From: Dehalococcoidia bacterium
Lineage (GTDB): Bacteria; Chloroflexota; Dehalococcoidia; UBA2979
Length of the DNA stretch: 64,000 bases
Direction: 5' to 3'
NCBI GenBank assembly: GCA_963667465.2
Contig: CAXXDN010000002.1
Span: 1,408,001 to 1,472,000 of the forward strand
Under the pieces are notes generated by a model. It was not told the DNA's origin. It made no database searches and saw only the letters and a list, made by a program, of their open reading frames with translations. The position numbers and the translations under genes are program-made. Of this stretch, positions 36,134 to 44,431 are shown in pieces (position 1 is the first letter of the stretch; every line of letters begins with the position of its first letter).

Positions 36134-37210
36134 CTACGCGGTGGCGGCGACGGGCGCGAGCGCTACGGCGGCCTCGCGCAGCAGCTCGACCGTCTCGTCC
36201 CAGCCGATGCAGGCATCGGTGATCGAGACGCCGTAGCGGAGCGCGTTCGGGTCGTCGCCGAGGGACTGGTTGCCCTCGTTGAGGTGACTCTCGAGCATCA
36301 GGCCGATGATCCCGCGGTTGCCCTCCGCGCGCTGCGCGATCACGTCGCGGAAGGCGATCGACTGGCGGCGGTGGTCCTTGCCGGAGTTGGCGTGGCTGCA
36401 GTCGACGAGCACGGTCGGGGTGAGGCTGGCGGCCTCGAGTTGCTCGTGCGTCGCGCACACGGACTCAGCGTCGAAGTTCGTCCCGTCGCTCCCCCCGCGC
36501 AGCACGATGTGCCCGTAGGGGTTGCCACTCGTCTGCACCGTGCAGGTCCGACCCTCGCGGTCGATGCCCAGAAACGCGTGCGGCTCGCGCGCCGAGAGCA
36601 GCGCGTTCACGGCGACCTCGATGTTGCCGTCCGTGCTGTTCTTGAAGCCGACGGGCATGCTCAGGCCGCTCGCCATCTGGCGGTGCGTCTGGCTCTCCGT
36701 GGTGCGCGCGCCGACGGCGACCCAGGAGATGAGGTCCGCCAGGTACTGCGGTGCAATCGGGTCCAGGAACTCCGTGCCCATCGGCAGCCCGAGGCCCCCG
36801 ATGTCGATCAGCAGCTGGCGTGCGCGGCGGAGCCCGGCGTCGATGTTGAACGATCCATCGAGGTTCGGGTCGTAGATCAGGCCCTTCCAGCCGACGGTCG
36901 TGCGCGGCTTCTCGAAGTAGGCGCGCATCACGACCAGCACGCGGTCCTCGATCTCGCGGGCGAGGCTCGCGAGGCGCTGGGCGTACTCCATCGCGGAGCG
37001 CTCGTCGTGGATCGAGCAGGGGCCGGCGACGAACAGCATCCGGTCGTCGCGGCCGGACAGGATCTCCTCGATCTCGCGGCGACCCCGCACGACTGTCTCC
37101 AGCACGTCTGCGGGAATCGGCAACTCGGCCTCGAACTCCGAGGGCGTCGGCAGGGGGATCGTGCCGGCGATGTTGAGGTCAGAAACGGGACGGTCGAGGT
37201 AGTCGGCCAT
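36134..37210 (-). CDS. 3-deoxy-7-phosphoheptulonate (DAHP) synthase, type I-alpha
   Basis: GPCSIHD, MRAYFEKPRTTVGWKG, GARTTESQTHR, DCSHANS, YGVSITDACI. Confidence 0.94.
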   Translation of the reverse strand: MADYLDRPVSDLNIAGTIPLPTPSEFEAELPIPADVLETVVRGRREIEEILSGRDDRMLFVAGPCSIHDERSAMEYAQRLASLAREIEDRVLVVMRAYFEKPRTTVGWKGLIYDPNLDGSFNIDAGLRRARQLLIDIGGLGLPMGTEFLDPIAPQYLADLISWVAVGARTTESQTHRQMASGLSMPVGFKNSTDGNIEVAVNALLSAREPHAFLGIDREGRTCTVQTSGNPYGHIVLRGGSDGTNFDAESVCATHEQLEAASLTPTVLVDCSHANSGKDHRRQSIAFRDVIAQRAEGNRGIIGLMLESHLNEGNQSLGDDPNALRYGVSITDACIGWDETVELLREAAVALAPVAATA

Positions 37211-37684
37211 AGTGTCCTCCCGGGACGGGTGATGCGTGACGCAGTGCGCCGTATTGCCTCAAGTGACCGGGCGGCCGGACCGTCCGCGCTGGATGCCCGC
37301 GAACGTGGGGAGCCGTCGGCACGAATAATCGTAGCATCGCGATCGTTCTGCCGATAGCGCGTGCATCGCATCATTGGACCTGTTATCAGGATGGGCCGCA
37401 GCGCAGCGCAACCTGGTCGCGGCCAGCGTGGATGGCCGGGGCGTCTGTTGCAGGCAACCATCCGCAGTGGAGCGTCGCGACCTGGCGGCCGGACTCGAAC
37501 TCACGCCGCAGGATGGCGGCGCAACCCGCGGCCGTCGCTTCGGCGAGGCCCCGGCGCACCTTCTTGCCACATCTCGACCTGGGGCTCCGTCCTAGGGTCC
37601 GCCGGGTCCGAAACGAATGAAGGAAGGTCGTCTATGTTCGATTGGTGCGTGCTTCCTTCCCGGAGCCGAAGAGGCTGCATAGCA

Positions 37685-38422
37685 TTATTCATCTGCGAGT
37701 AGTGTCTCGATCACTGCGGGCAAACTGCGCCACGAGATGCCACCACCGTCGCCTTCGACCTGCGTGTCCGTAGCGCCTTCCTGGATCATCCCGACTACCG
37801 CGCCGCAGAGATCCACGATAGGCCCGCCGCTATCCCCTCGGTTCAGCGGCGCGTCGGTGCGCATCAGGTGCAGGTCTGGCTCCACGTAGTCAAAGAACCC
37901 CGCAGAGTAGATGCCCTGCGTGACCGTGGCGTAGTGCGTCCGTGCCTGGCTGTACCCGAATGCGAGCACCGTGTCGCCGAGACCGCCAAACTCTGAGAAG
38001 GCCAGCGCCAAGAGCACGTCCTCTCCTTCGGCATCAGTCATAGCCGGCGCGTGCAATACGGCCACGTCGGTGGGAAGACCGATGGCGCCGACGAGGCGTG
38101 CGTTCGGGACATCCACGATCGTGTTTTCGATGTGGATGCGCCGGGCGCCGTCCACCACATGGGCTGCCGTAGCCCAGTACCCGTCCCCAAGATAGAACGC
38201 CGTGCCCCATCCATCGCCTGATCGACGTACCGCGGTGACCTCGGCGACGCTCTCGATGACGCGATCTACCGCGTCCACCGCTGTGCATTCCCGGTCCGTG
38301 GAGAGGACGAGATCGAACAACTCGTCTGACAGAACATCGTCCGGGAGCCACGGCAAGAACGGGCTCAGGCTGAATCCAAGGTGGAGAGCGATCGCCAGAA
38401 CAACGGCAAGCACGAACTGCAA
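37685..38422 (-). CDS. Trypsin-like (S1) serine protease with N-terminal signal/anchor
   Basis: TAAHVV, DVAVL, NRGDSGGP; TTG start after GGAGG. Confidence 0.85.
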   Translation of the reverse strand: MQFVLAVVLAIALHLGFSLSPFLPWLPDDVLSDELFDLVLSTDRECTAVDAVDRVIESVAEVTAVRRSGDGWGTAFYLGDGYWATAAHVVDGARRIHIENTIVDVPNARLVGAIGLPTDVAVLHAPAMTDAEGEDVLLALAFSEFGGLGDTVLAFGYSQARTHYATVTQGIYSAGFFDYVEPDLHLMRTDAPLNRGDSGGPIVDLCGAVVGMIQEGATDTQVEGDGGGISWRSLPAVIETLLADE

Positions 38423-38935
38423 GGTGATGCCTCCCTACGGTGAACGGGATACCGCTCACCACAAGCAGGCATGACGCAGCACCGCAGGGAGACGCGCGAT
38501 CCCGTCTCGGCCACATCACCTATGCTTGTGATGAGGCGGGCTATCGTAGCACGGCGTAACCCGTATGGAGTGCGCTCGCGTCAGGAGGGACAGCCCTTGG
38601 CGAAGTCCGAGCGGCGCATCTTCTCGGAGCTGCCCTCGTGATGGTGGCTATCGGTTCTCAGAGCGCGAGTCACAGCACTTGGCCTAGTTAGCCGCTCGGG
38701 GAGATGCCGCGCCGGGTCAGGCGCGCGGATTTCGATGGCAATCCTGTTGTGCTGCGGCGAGCTGGTCCCGTGGGCCCGGTAACCGCTACTTCCGATGCAC
38801 GGCAGCGCGTGCTGTCAAAAGACCGTGAACGTTCGCCGCTCGCCGCAATCCCGCACTTGCGCCCTCGCGCCGCCGCCTCGCGGCGCGCTACCCTGCGCGC
38901 GGCGCATACGCAGCGCCCGGCGAGAGGCAGGCCCG

Positions 38936-40252
38936 ATGGCGGACGACGGCGCGTTCGCGCTCCACGTGCCGGTGCACTACCGGCGGCTCGGCAACGGGCT
39001 GCGCGTCGTCGTCTCGCCGGACGACTCGGCGCCGATCGTCGCCGTCGCCGTCTACTACGAGGTCGGCTTCCGGCTCGAGCCGCGAGGGCGCTCCGGTTTC
39101 GCGCACCTCTTCGAGCACCTGATGTTCCAGGGCTCGGGCCAGCTGGCGAAGATGGAGCTCGTGCAGCTCGTGCAGCAGAACGGCGGCGTGCTCAACGGCA
39201 CCACGCGCACCGACTACACCAACTACTTCGAGGTGCTCCCCAAGCCCGCGCTGGAGCTCGCGCTCTGGCTGGAGGCGGACCGCATGCGCGGGCCGCGCAT
39301 CACCCGGGAGGAGCTCGACAACCAGCGCGACGTGGTCAAGAACGAGGTCCGCGTCAACGTCCTCAACCGCCCCTACGGCGGCTTCCCCTGGATCGACATG
39401 GGCGAGCGCGCCTTCCGCAACTGGCACAACTCCCACAACGGCTACGGCGAGTTCGAGGACCTCGACGCCGCCAGCCTCGACGATGTGTGGGCCTTCTTCG
39501 GCGACTACTACTCGCCCCGGAACGCAGTGCTCGTGATCGTCGGCGACGTGGACGCCGGGGAGGCGTTCGCGCTGGCCGACCGGCACTTCGGATCGATCGA
39601 GGGCGCGCCCGCCCCGCCGCCGCCGGACCTCGCCGAGCCGCGGCAGGAGCGCGAGCAGGCGTTCACGAAGGCGGACCCGCTCGCCAGCCAGCCGGCCCTC
39701 GCCTTTGCCTACCACACGCCCGAGCGCGATACGCCCGAATACCTCGCGATGGGCGTGCTGCACCAGCTGCTCGCGGGAGGCGACGACTCGCTGCTACATC
39801 GCGAGTTGGTCAGCCGCCGCGGCTACTGCGGCGAGGTCGACGCGGGGATCAACTTCCTCGGCAACATGTTCAGCGCGCGCACGCCGCTGCTCTGGACCTG
39901 CTCGCTGATCCACGACGCGGAGACGCCGCCGGAGACAATCGTCGAGGCCGCCGAGGAGCTGATCGCCCCGCTACGCGAGACCGCGATCGACGCCGGGGCG
40001 TTCGAGCTCGCGCTCGTGAAGGCTCGCTCCGGCCTCTACTCCACGGTCGGCGGCGGGATGTACCCGGCGATCGGGCGCGCCGATCTGCTGGCCTCGTTCA
40101 CGCTGTTCGACGACGACCCGGAGCGCGTCAACCGCCTCGAGGCCGAACTGCGCGCCCTCAGCCCTGAGCTGGTCCTCGAGACCGCGCGCGAGTACCTGCG
40201 CCCCGAGGCGCGCACCGTGATCGCCGTCGAACCGGGAGCGAGCGCCCAATGA
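38936..40252 (+). CDS. M16 family zinc peptidase, catalytic subunit
   Basis: GFAHLFEHLMF (HxxEH), NGTT, VVKNE. Confidence 0.9.
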   Translation: MADDGAFALHVPVHYRRLGNGLRVVVSPDDSAPIVAVAVYYEVGFRLEPRGRSGFAHLFEHLMFQGSGQLAKMELVQLVQQNGGVLNGTTRTDYTNYFEVLPKPALELALWLEADRMRGPRITREELDNQRDVVKNEVRVNVLNRPYGGFPWIDMGERAFRNWHNSHNGYGEFEDLDAASLDDVWAFFGDYYSPRNAVLVIVGDVDAGEAFALADRHFGSIEGAPAPPPPDLAEPRQEREQAFTKADPLASQPALAFAYHTPERDTPEYLAMGVLHQLLAGGDDSLLHRELVSRRGYCGEVDAGINFLGNMFSARTPLLWTCSLIHDAETPPETIVEAAEELIAPLRETAIDAGAFELALVKARSGLYSTVGGGMYPAIGRADLLASFTLFDDDPERVNRLEAELRALSPELVLETAREYLRPEARTVIAVEPGASAQ

Positions 40253-41565
40253 GCGCGCGACCGACCGCGGGCGCCCCGGCCCCGTTCCGCCTGCCGGAGC
40301 GCACGGACCTCACGCTCGGCAACGGGCTGCGCGCCACCTTCATCGAGTACGGCGCGGTGCCGAAGGCGTTCGTGCGCGTGTCCCTGCGCGCCGGCGGCCT
40401 CGACGAGCGCGAGGGCGCCTCGGGGCTCGCCGAGCTCGCCTCGCGTTACCTCAAGGAAGGCGCGGGAGACCTCGACGCGGGCGAGCTGGCGGCACGAATC
40501 GCCCGCTGCGGCGGACGGCTCGATACGCATAGCGGCGACGACTCGACCACGCTCGACGTGCAGGTGCTGTCCGAGTCCACGCCCGAGGCACTGCGGCTGC
40601 TCGGCGAGGTCGCCACGCGGCCGCGCCTGCCCAAGGACGAGCTGGAGCGGCTGCGCGCGGAGCTGCTGCGCGAGCTGGCCGTCGCCGCGACGGAGCCCAG
40701 CGTGCTGGCGCTGGAGCGCTTCCACGCCGCGCTCTACGGCGATCACCCCTACGCGCGCGTGCTGCCCGCTCGCGCGGATGTCGAGACGCTGGGCAGCGAG
40801 GATGTACGCGGCTTCGTCGCCGACGAGTTCGGCGCGGCGCGCGCACACGTGTACGTAGCCGGCCGCTTCGACCTCGCAGCGACCGAGCAGGCGCTGCGCG
40901 ATGCCTTCGAGGGCTGGACTGCCGGGCCCGCGCCGCTGATCGCGCCGCCCTCGCCGGGCAGCGAGCGCGCGATCCACCTCATCGACCGCCCGGGCGCGGA
41001 GCAGTCGACGATCCGCCTGGGGCTGCCGGCGCCGGACCCCTCGCACGAGGACTACCTGCCGCTGACGGTGGTCGATACGCTGCTCGGCGGTGCGTTTATG
41101 TCGCGCATCACCCTCAACCTGCGCGAAGACAAGGGCTACACGTACTCGCCGCGCAGCACCATCGCCGTGCACTACCGCGACGCCTACTGGATGCACGCCT
41201 CGGACGTGACGAGCGCCCACACCGGCGACTCGCTGCACGAGATCTTCGCCGAGATCGAGCGCCTGCGCGCCGAGCCGCCCTCGACCGGGGAGCTCGAGGG
41301 CGTCCAGCGCTTCATGGCCGGCGGGATGCTGGTGCGCAACGCAACGCCCGCAGGCCTGCTCGGGCAGCTCGGCTTCCTCGACTTCCACGAGCTGGGCGCG
41401 AGCTATGCCGAGCAGTACGTCGATCGCGTCTACGCGGTGACGCCGGCGCAGGTCAGCGAACTTGCGACTGCGTACCTGCGCCCCGAGGAGCTGACGATCG
41501 CGATCGCCGGGGACGCCTCGGTGATCCGCGAGCAAATCGCGCCGTATGGTGCTATCACTACGTAG
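40249..41565 (+). CDS. M16 family peptidase, non-catalytic subunit
   Basis: No HxxEH; LGGAFMSRI..NLREDKGYTY; ATGA overlap with partner. Confidence 0.88.
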   Translation: MSARPTAGAPAPFRLPERTDLTLGNGLRATFIEYGAVPKAFVRVSLRAGGLDEREGASGLAELASRYLKEGAGDLDAGELAARIARCGGRLDTHSGDDSTTLDVQVLSESTPEALRLLGEVATRPRLPKDELERLRAELLRELAVAATEPSVLALERFHAALYGDHPYARVLPARADVETLGSEDVRGFVADEFGAARAHVYVAGRFDLAATEQALRDAFEGWTAGPAPLIAPPSPGSERAIHLIDRPGAEQSTIRLGLPAPDPSHEDYLPLTVVDTLLGGAFMSRITLNLREDKGYTYSPRSTIAVHYRDAYWMHASDVTSAHTGDSLHEIFAEIERLRAEPPSTGELEGVQRFMAGGMLVRNATPAGLLGQLGFLDFHELGASYAEQYVDRVYAVTPAQVSELATAYLRPEELTIAIAGDASVIREQIAPYGAITT

Positions 41566-41578
41566 CGAGGAACACCCT

Positions 41579-42316
41579 GTGTCAGGAGATAACAACCGCG
41601 CGCCGCAGATCGCCGATTTCGACCCGACGCTGCGGGTGAAGCGAAAGCCCTACCACGAACGGCTGCAGGAGTTGCAGCTCGAACTCCTGCACTTGCAGGT
41701 GCGGATGCGCGACGACGAGCACGCTGCCGCGGTGATCGTCTTCGAGGGCGTCGACGCCGGGGGCAAGGGGGGCACGATCGCGCGCCTCGCGGGACACCTC
41801 GATCCGCGCGGGGTGCGCGTCCACGGGATCGGAGCGCCCACGTCCCTCGAGCTGCTGGGGCACTACCTGCAGCGCTTCCACGCCCGCATGCCACGGCGCG
41901 GGCGGATCGCCGTCTTCGACCGCTCCTGGTACGGCCGCGTGCTCGTCGAGCGCGTCGAGGGCCTGACCCCGCGCTCGGACTGGGAACGCGGCTACCGCGA
42001 GATCTGCGAGTTCGAGCGCCTCTACCACGATGGCGGGACCGTCATCATCAAGTTCTGGATGCACATCTCCAGGGAGGAGCAGCTGCGCCGCTTCGAGCAG
42101 CGCGGCTCGGACCCGTTCAAGCGTTACAAGCTGACCCCGGACGACTGGCGCAACCGCGAGGCCTGGGACCTCTACATGCACGCGACCGACGAGATGTTCG
42201 AGCGTACCCACACCGACGTTGCGCCCTGGGTGCTCGTCAGCGCCGAGCAGAAGCGCTACGCCCGCCTCGTGGTCCTCAGCACGGTGGTCGACCGGCTCCG
42301 CGAGGCGTTCGGGTAG
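41579..42316 (+). CDS. ppk2: Polyphosphate kinase 2 family protein
   Basis: FEGVDAGGKGG, LDPRG, FDRSWYGRVLVERV, KFWMHIS. Confidence 0.92.
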   Translation: MSGDNNRAPQIADFDPTLRVKRKPYHERLQELQLELLHLQVRMRDDEHAAAVIVFEGVDAGGKGGTIARLAGHLDPRGVRVHGIGAPTSLELLGHYLQRFHARMPRRGRIAVFDRSWYGRVLVERVEGLTPRSDWERGYREICEFERLYHDGGTVIIKFWMHISREEQLRRFEQRGSDPFKRYKLTPDDWRNREAWDLYMHATDEMFERTHTDVAPWVLVSAEQKRYARLVVLSTVVDRLREAFG

Positions 42317-42500
42317 CCCGGCAGGACGCCCCCGGCGCCTGCTCGCGGACCAGCTCCCGGACCCCGGCCAGCGTTCTCTCGGCGCGCAGCCAGCGTTCCA
42401 GGTGCTCAGCGGTCTCCTCGGACGGGTCGAGGATCGCGCTGATGCGGCTCGCGAGCGGGGACCCCTCCGCGCAGATCCAGGCCAGGTCTTCCTGGTATCC

Positions 42501-42539
42501 GGGGCAGCTCGGCGGGGCAGCTCGGCGGGGCAGCTCGGC
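42501..42539. repeat. 13-bp tandem repeat GGGGCAGCTCGGC x3
   Basis: Three perfect copies. Confidence 0.9.
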
Positions 42540-42646
42540 AGGGTAGTGCGCGAGACCCTGCCAGTGCAGTCGTCTCCCGATCCCGCCCGGACCTGACAGC
42601 GGATCGGCACCCGTGACTGGTGATGAAGCGGAGCGACGGCGGGCGC

Positions 42647-43561
42647 TCAGTCGCTCGCGACGCCGCCGCCCGGCTGCCGCGGCGCGAGCGTGGCGCCGGC
42701 CTTGCGTGTGGCGGCGTACTCCCAGAGCGGCCAGGCGCCGCGCAGGCCCACGTCGTCACCGCCGCTCGCAGGCACCACCTGCGAGGGGTCCAGCAGCTGC
42801 GCGCTGTGCAGCTCGCCCAGCCGCTCGCGCAGCGGATCGAGCAGCAACGGACCCGCCGAGGCAACCCCGCCGCCAATCACGACGCGCTCCGGCATGTACG
42901 CCTCGATCGCGTTCGCGACGCCGACCGCGATCGCCACCGCGATCTCGCGGAACCAGCCGAGCGCCTTCTCGTCGCCCGCCTGCGCGCGCCGCGTGACCTC
43001 CGCCCCGCTCAGGCCGGAGAGCCGCTCGAGGGCGGGACCGGCGCCGAGTGATTCGAGGGTGCGCAGTTCGCGGTGGTCGATCGTCGACTGGCCGATTTCG
43101 GCGAGCGAACGCTTGGCGTGCAGCAGCTGCCCGCCGATCAGCACGCCGCCGCCGATGCCCGTGCTGATCGTGAGGTAGACCATGTCGTCGGCGCCGCGGC
43201 CCGCGCCGTAGCGGTGCTCGCCGACGGCGGCGAGGTCGGCGTCGTTCACGAGGACGGCGGACAGGCCGCAGGCGTCCGCGAGCGGTTGCGCGGCGAGGTG
43301 GCCCTCCCAGGCGGTCAGGTTCGGCATGCGCCCCGCCACGCCGTGCTCGTAGTCCACCACGGCCGGAACGCCGACGATGGCGCCGCGCAGGTTCTCGCTC
43401 GCAGCGTCCGCGACCTCGCGCATCAGGCGGGGCAGCGCCGCGGGGTCGTCCGGCGGCGTGGGCTGCGCAGAGCGGGCGACGATCCCGCCCTCGGGCGTGA
43501 CGACGGCGACGCGCAGATTCGTGCCGCCGAGGTCGGCTGCGAGGACCGCCTCGCGGGGCAT
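42647..43561 (-). CDS. ROK family sugar kinase (glucokinase-like)
   Basis: DLGGT, NDADLAAVGE, STGIGGG, GGGV. Confidence 0.88.
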   Translation of the reverse strand: MPREAVLAADLGGTNLRVAVVTPEGGIVARSAQPTPPDDPAALPRLMREVADAASENLRGAIVGVPAVVDYEHGVAGRMPNLTAWEGHLAAQPLADACGLSAVLVNDADLAAVGEHRYGAGRGADDMVYLTISTGIGGGVLIGGQLLHAKRSLAEIGQSTIDHRELRTLESLGAGPALERLSGLSGAEVTRRAQAGDEKALGWFREIAVAIAVGVANAIEAYMPERVVIGGGVASAGPLLLDPLRERLGELHSAQLLDPSQVVPASGGDDVGLRGAWPLWEYAATRKAGATLAPRQPGGGVASD

Positions 43562-44431
43562 CTAGGCCTCACGCACGGCGTGGCCGCCGAACTCGTTGCG
43601 CAGCGCGGCGAGCAGCCGCAGTGCGAAGGTGTGCTCACCGCGCGAGGCGAAGCGCGCCCACAGCGATCCCGCGATCACGTCCACCGGCACGCCCCGCTCG
43701 ACGCCCTCGATCACGGTCCAGCGGCCTTCGCCGGAGTCCTCGACGTAGGGCTGGATGCGGCTCAAATCGGGGTCGCCCTCCAGCGCGCGCTCCGCCAGCT
43801 CGAGCAGCCACGAGCGCACCACGGAGCCCCGCTGCCAGAGCCCGGCGATCGCCGCCAGGTCGAGCTCCTCGTCGTAAGCGTCGAGCAGCTCGAAGCCCTC
43901 GGCGTAGGCCTGCATCAGCCCGTACTCGATGCCGTTGTGGACCATCTTCACGTAGTGCCCCGACCCGCTCGGGCCGAGGTGCGCGTAGCCACCCTCGAGG
44001 GCGAGCGCCGCGAACAGCGGCTCGGCGTCGGCGAAGGCGTCCGCGGCGCCGCCGACCATGAGGCAGTACCCGTGTTCGAGGCCCCAGACACCGCCGGAGA
44101 CGCCGCAATCGAGGAAGCGCAACCCGCGTTCGGCTGCCTCCCCGGCCCGCCGGATCGAGTCCGTGTAGCGGCTGTTGCCGCCCTCGATCACGAGATCGCC
44201 CGCCGAGAGCAGACCGAGTAGCTCCTGGAAGGCGCTCTCCGTGGCCTCGCCGGAGGGGAGCATCAGCCAGACGGTGCGCGGCGGATCGAGCGTGGCGACC
44301 ATCGCCTCCAGCGAGTCGGCGTCACGCAGGTCGGCGGCGAGGTCGTAGCCGACGACCTCGTGCCCGGCGCGGCGGAGGCGTTCGCGGAGGCCGCCACCCA
44401 TGCGCCCGAGGCCGGCGAGCCCGATCTTCAC
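43562..44431 (-). CDS. gnd: Decarboxylating 6-phosphogluconate dehydrogenase (short form)
   Basis: GLGRMG, VSGG, GHYVKMVHNGIEYG, DSGEGRW, LRNEFGGH. Confidence 0.93.
   Translation of the reverse strand: MKIGLAGLGRMGGGLRERLRRAGHEVVGYDLAADLRDADSLEAMVATLDPPRTVWLMLPSGEATESAFQELLGLLSAGDLVIEGGNSRYTDSIRRAGEAAERGLRFLDCGVSGGVWGLEHGYCLMVGGAADAFADAEPLFAALALEGGYAHLGPSGSGHYVKMVHNGIEYGLMQAYAEGFELLDAYDEELDLAAIAGLWQRGSVVRSWLLELAERALEGDPDLSRIQPYVEDSGEGRWTVIEGVERGVPVDVIAGSLWARFASRGEHTFALRLLAALRNEFGGHAVREA

Noticed and set aside
37484-37512. tRNA-like GTTCGAGTCC on the minus strand
   Set aside because: The T-stem does not pair and no acceptor, D or anticodon arms can be built
37640-37670. SRP-RNA-like TCCGGGAAGGAAGCA on the minus strand
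   Set aside because: Lacks the TCAGG...AGCAG helix-8 context and the long stem
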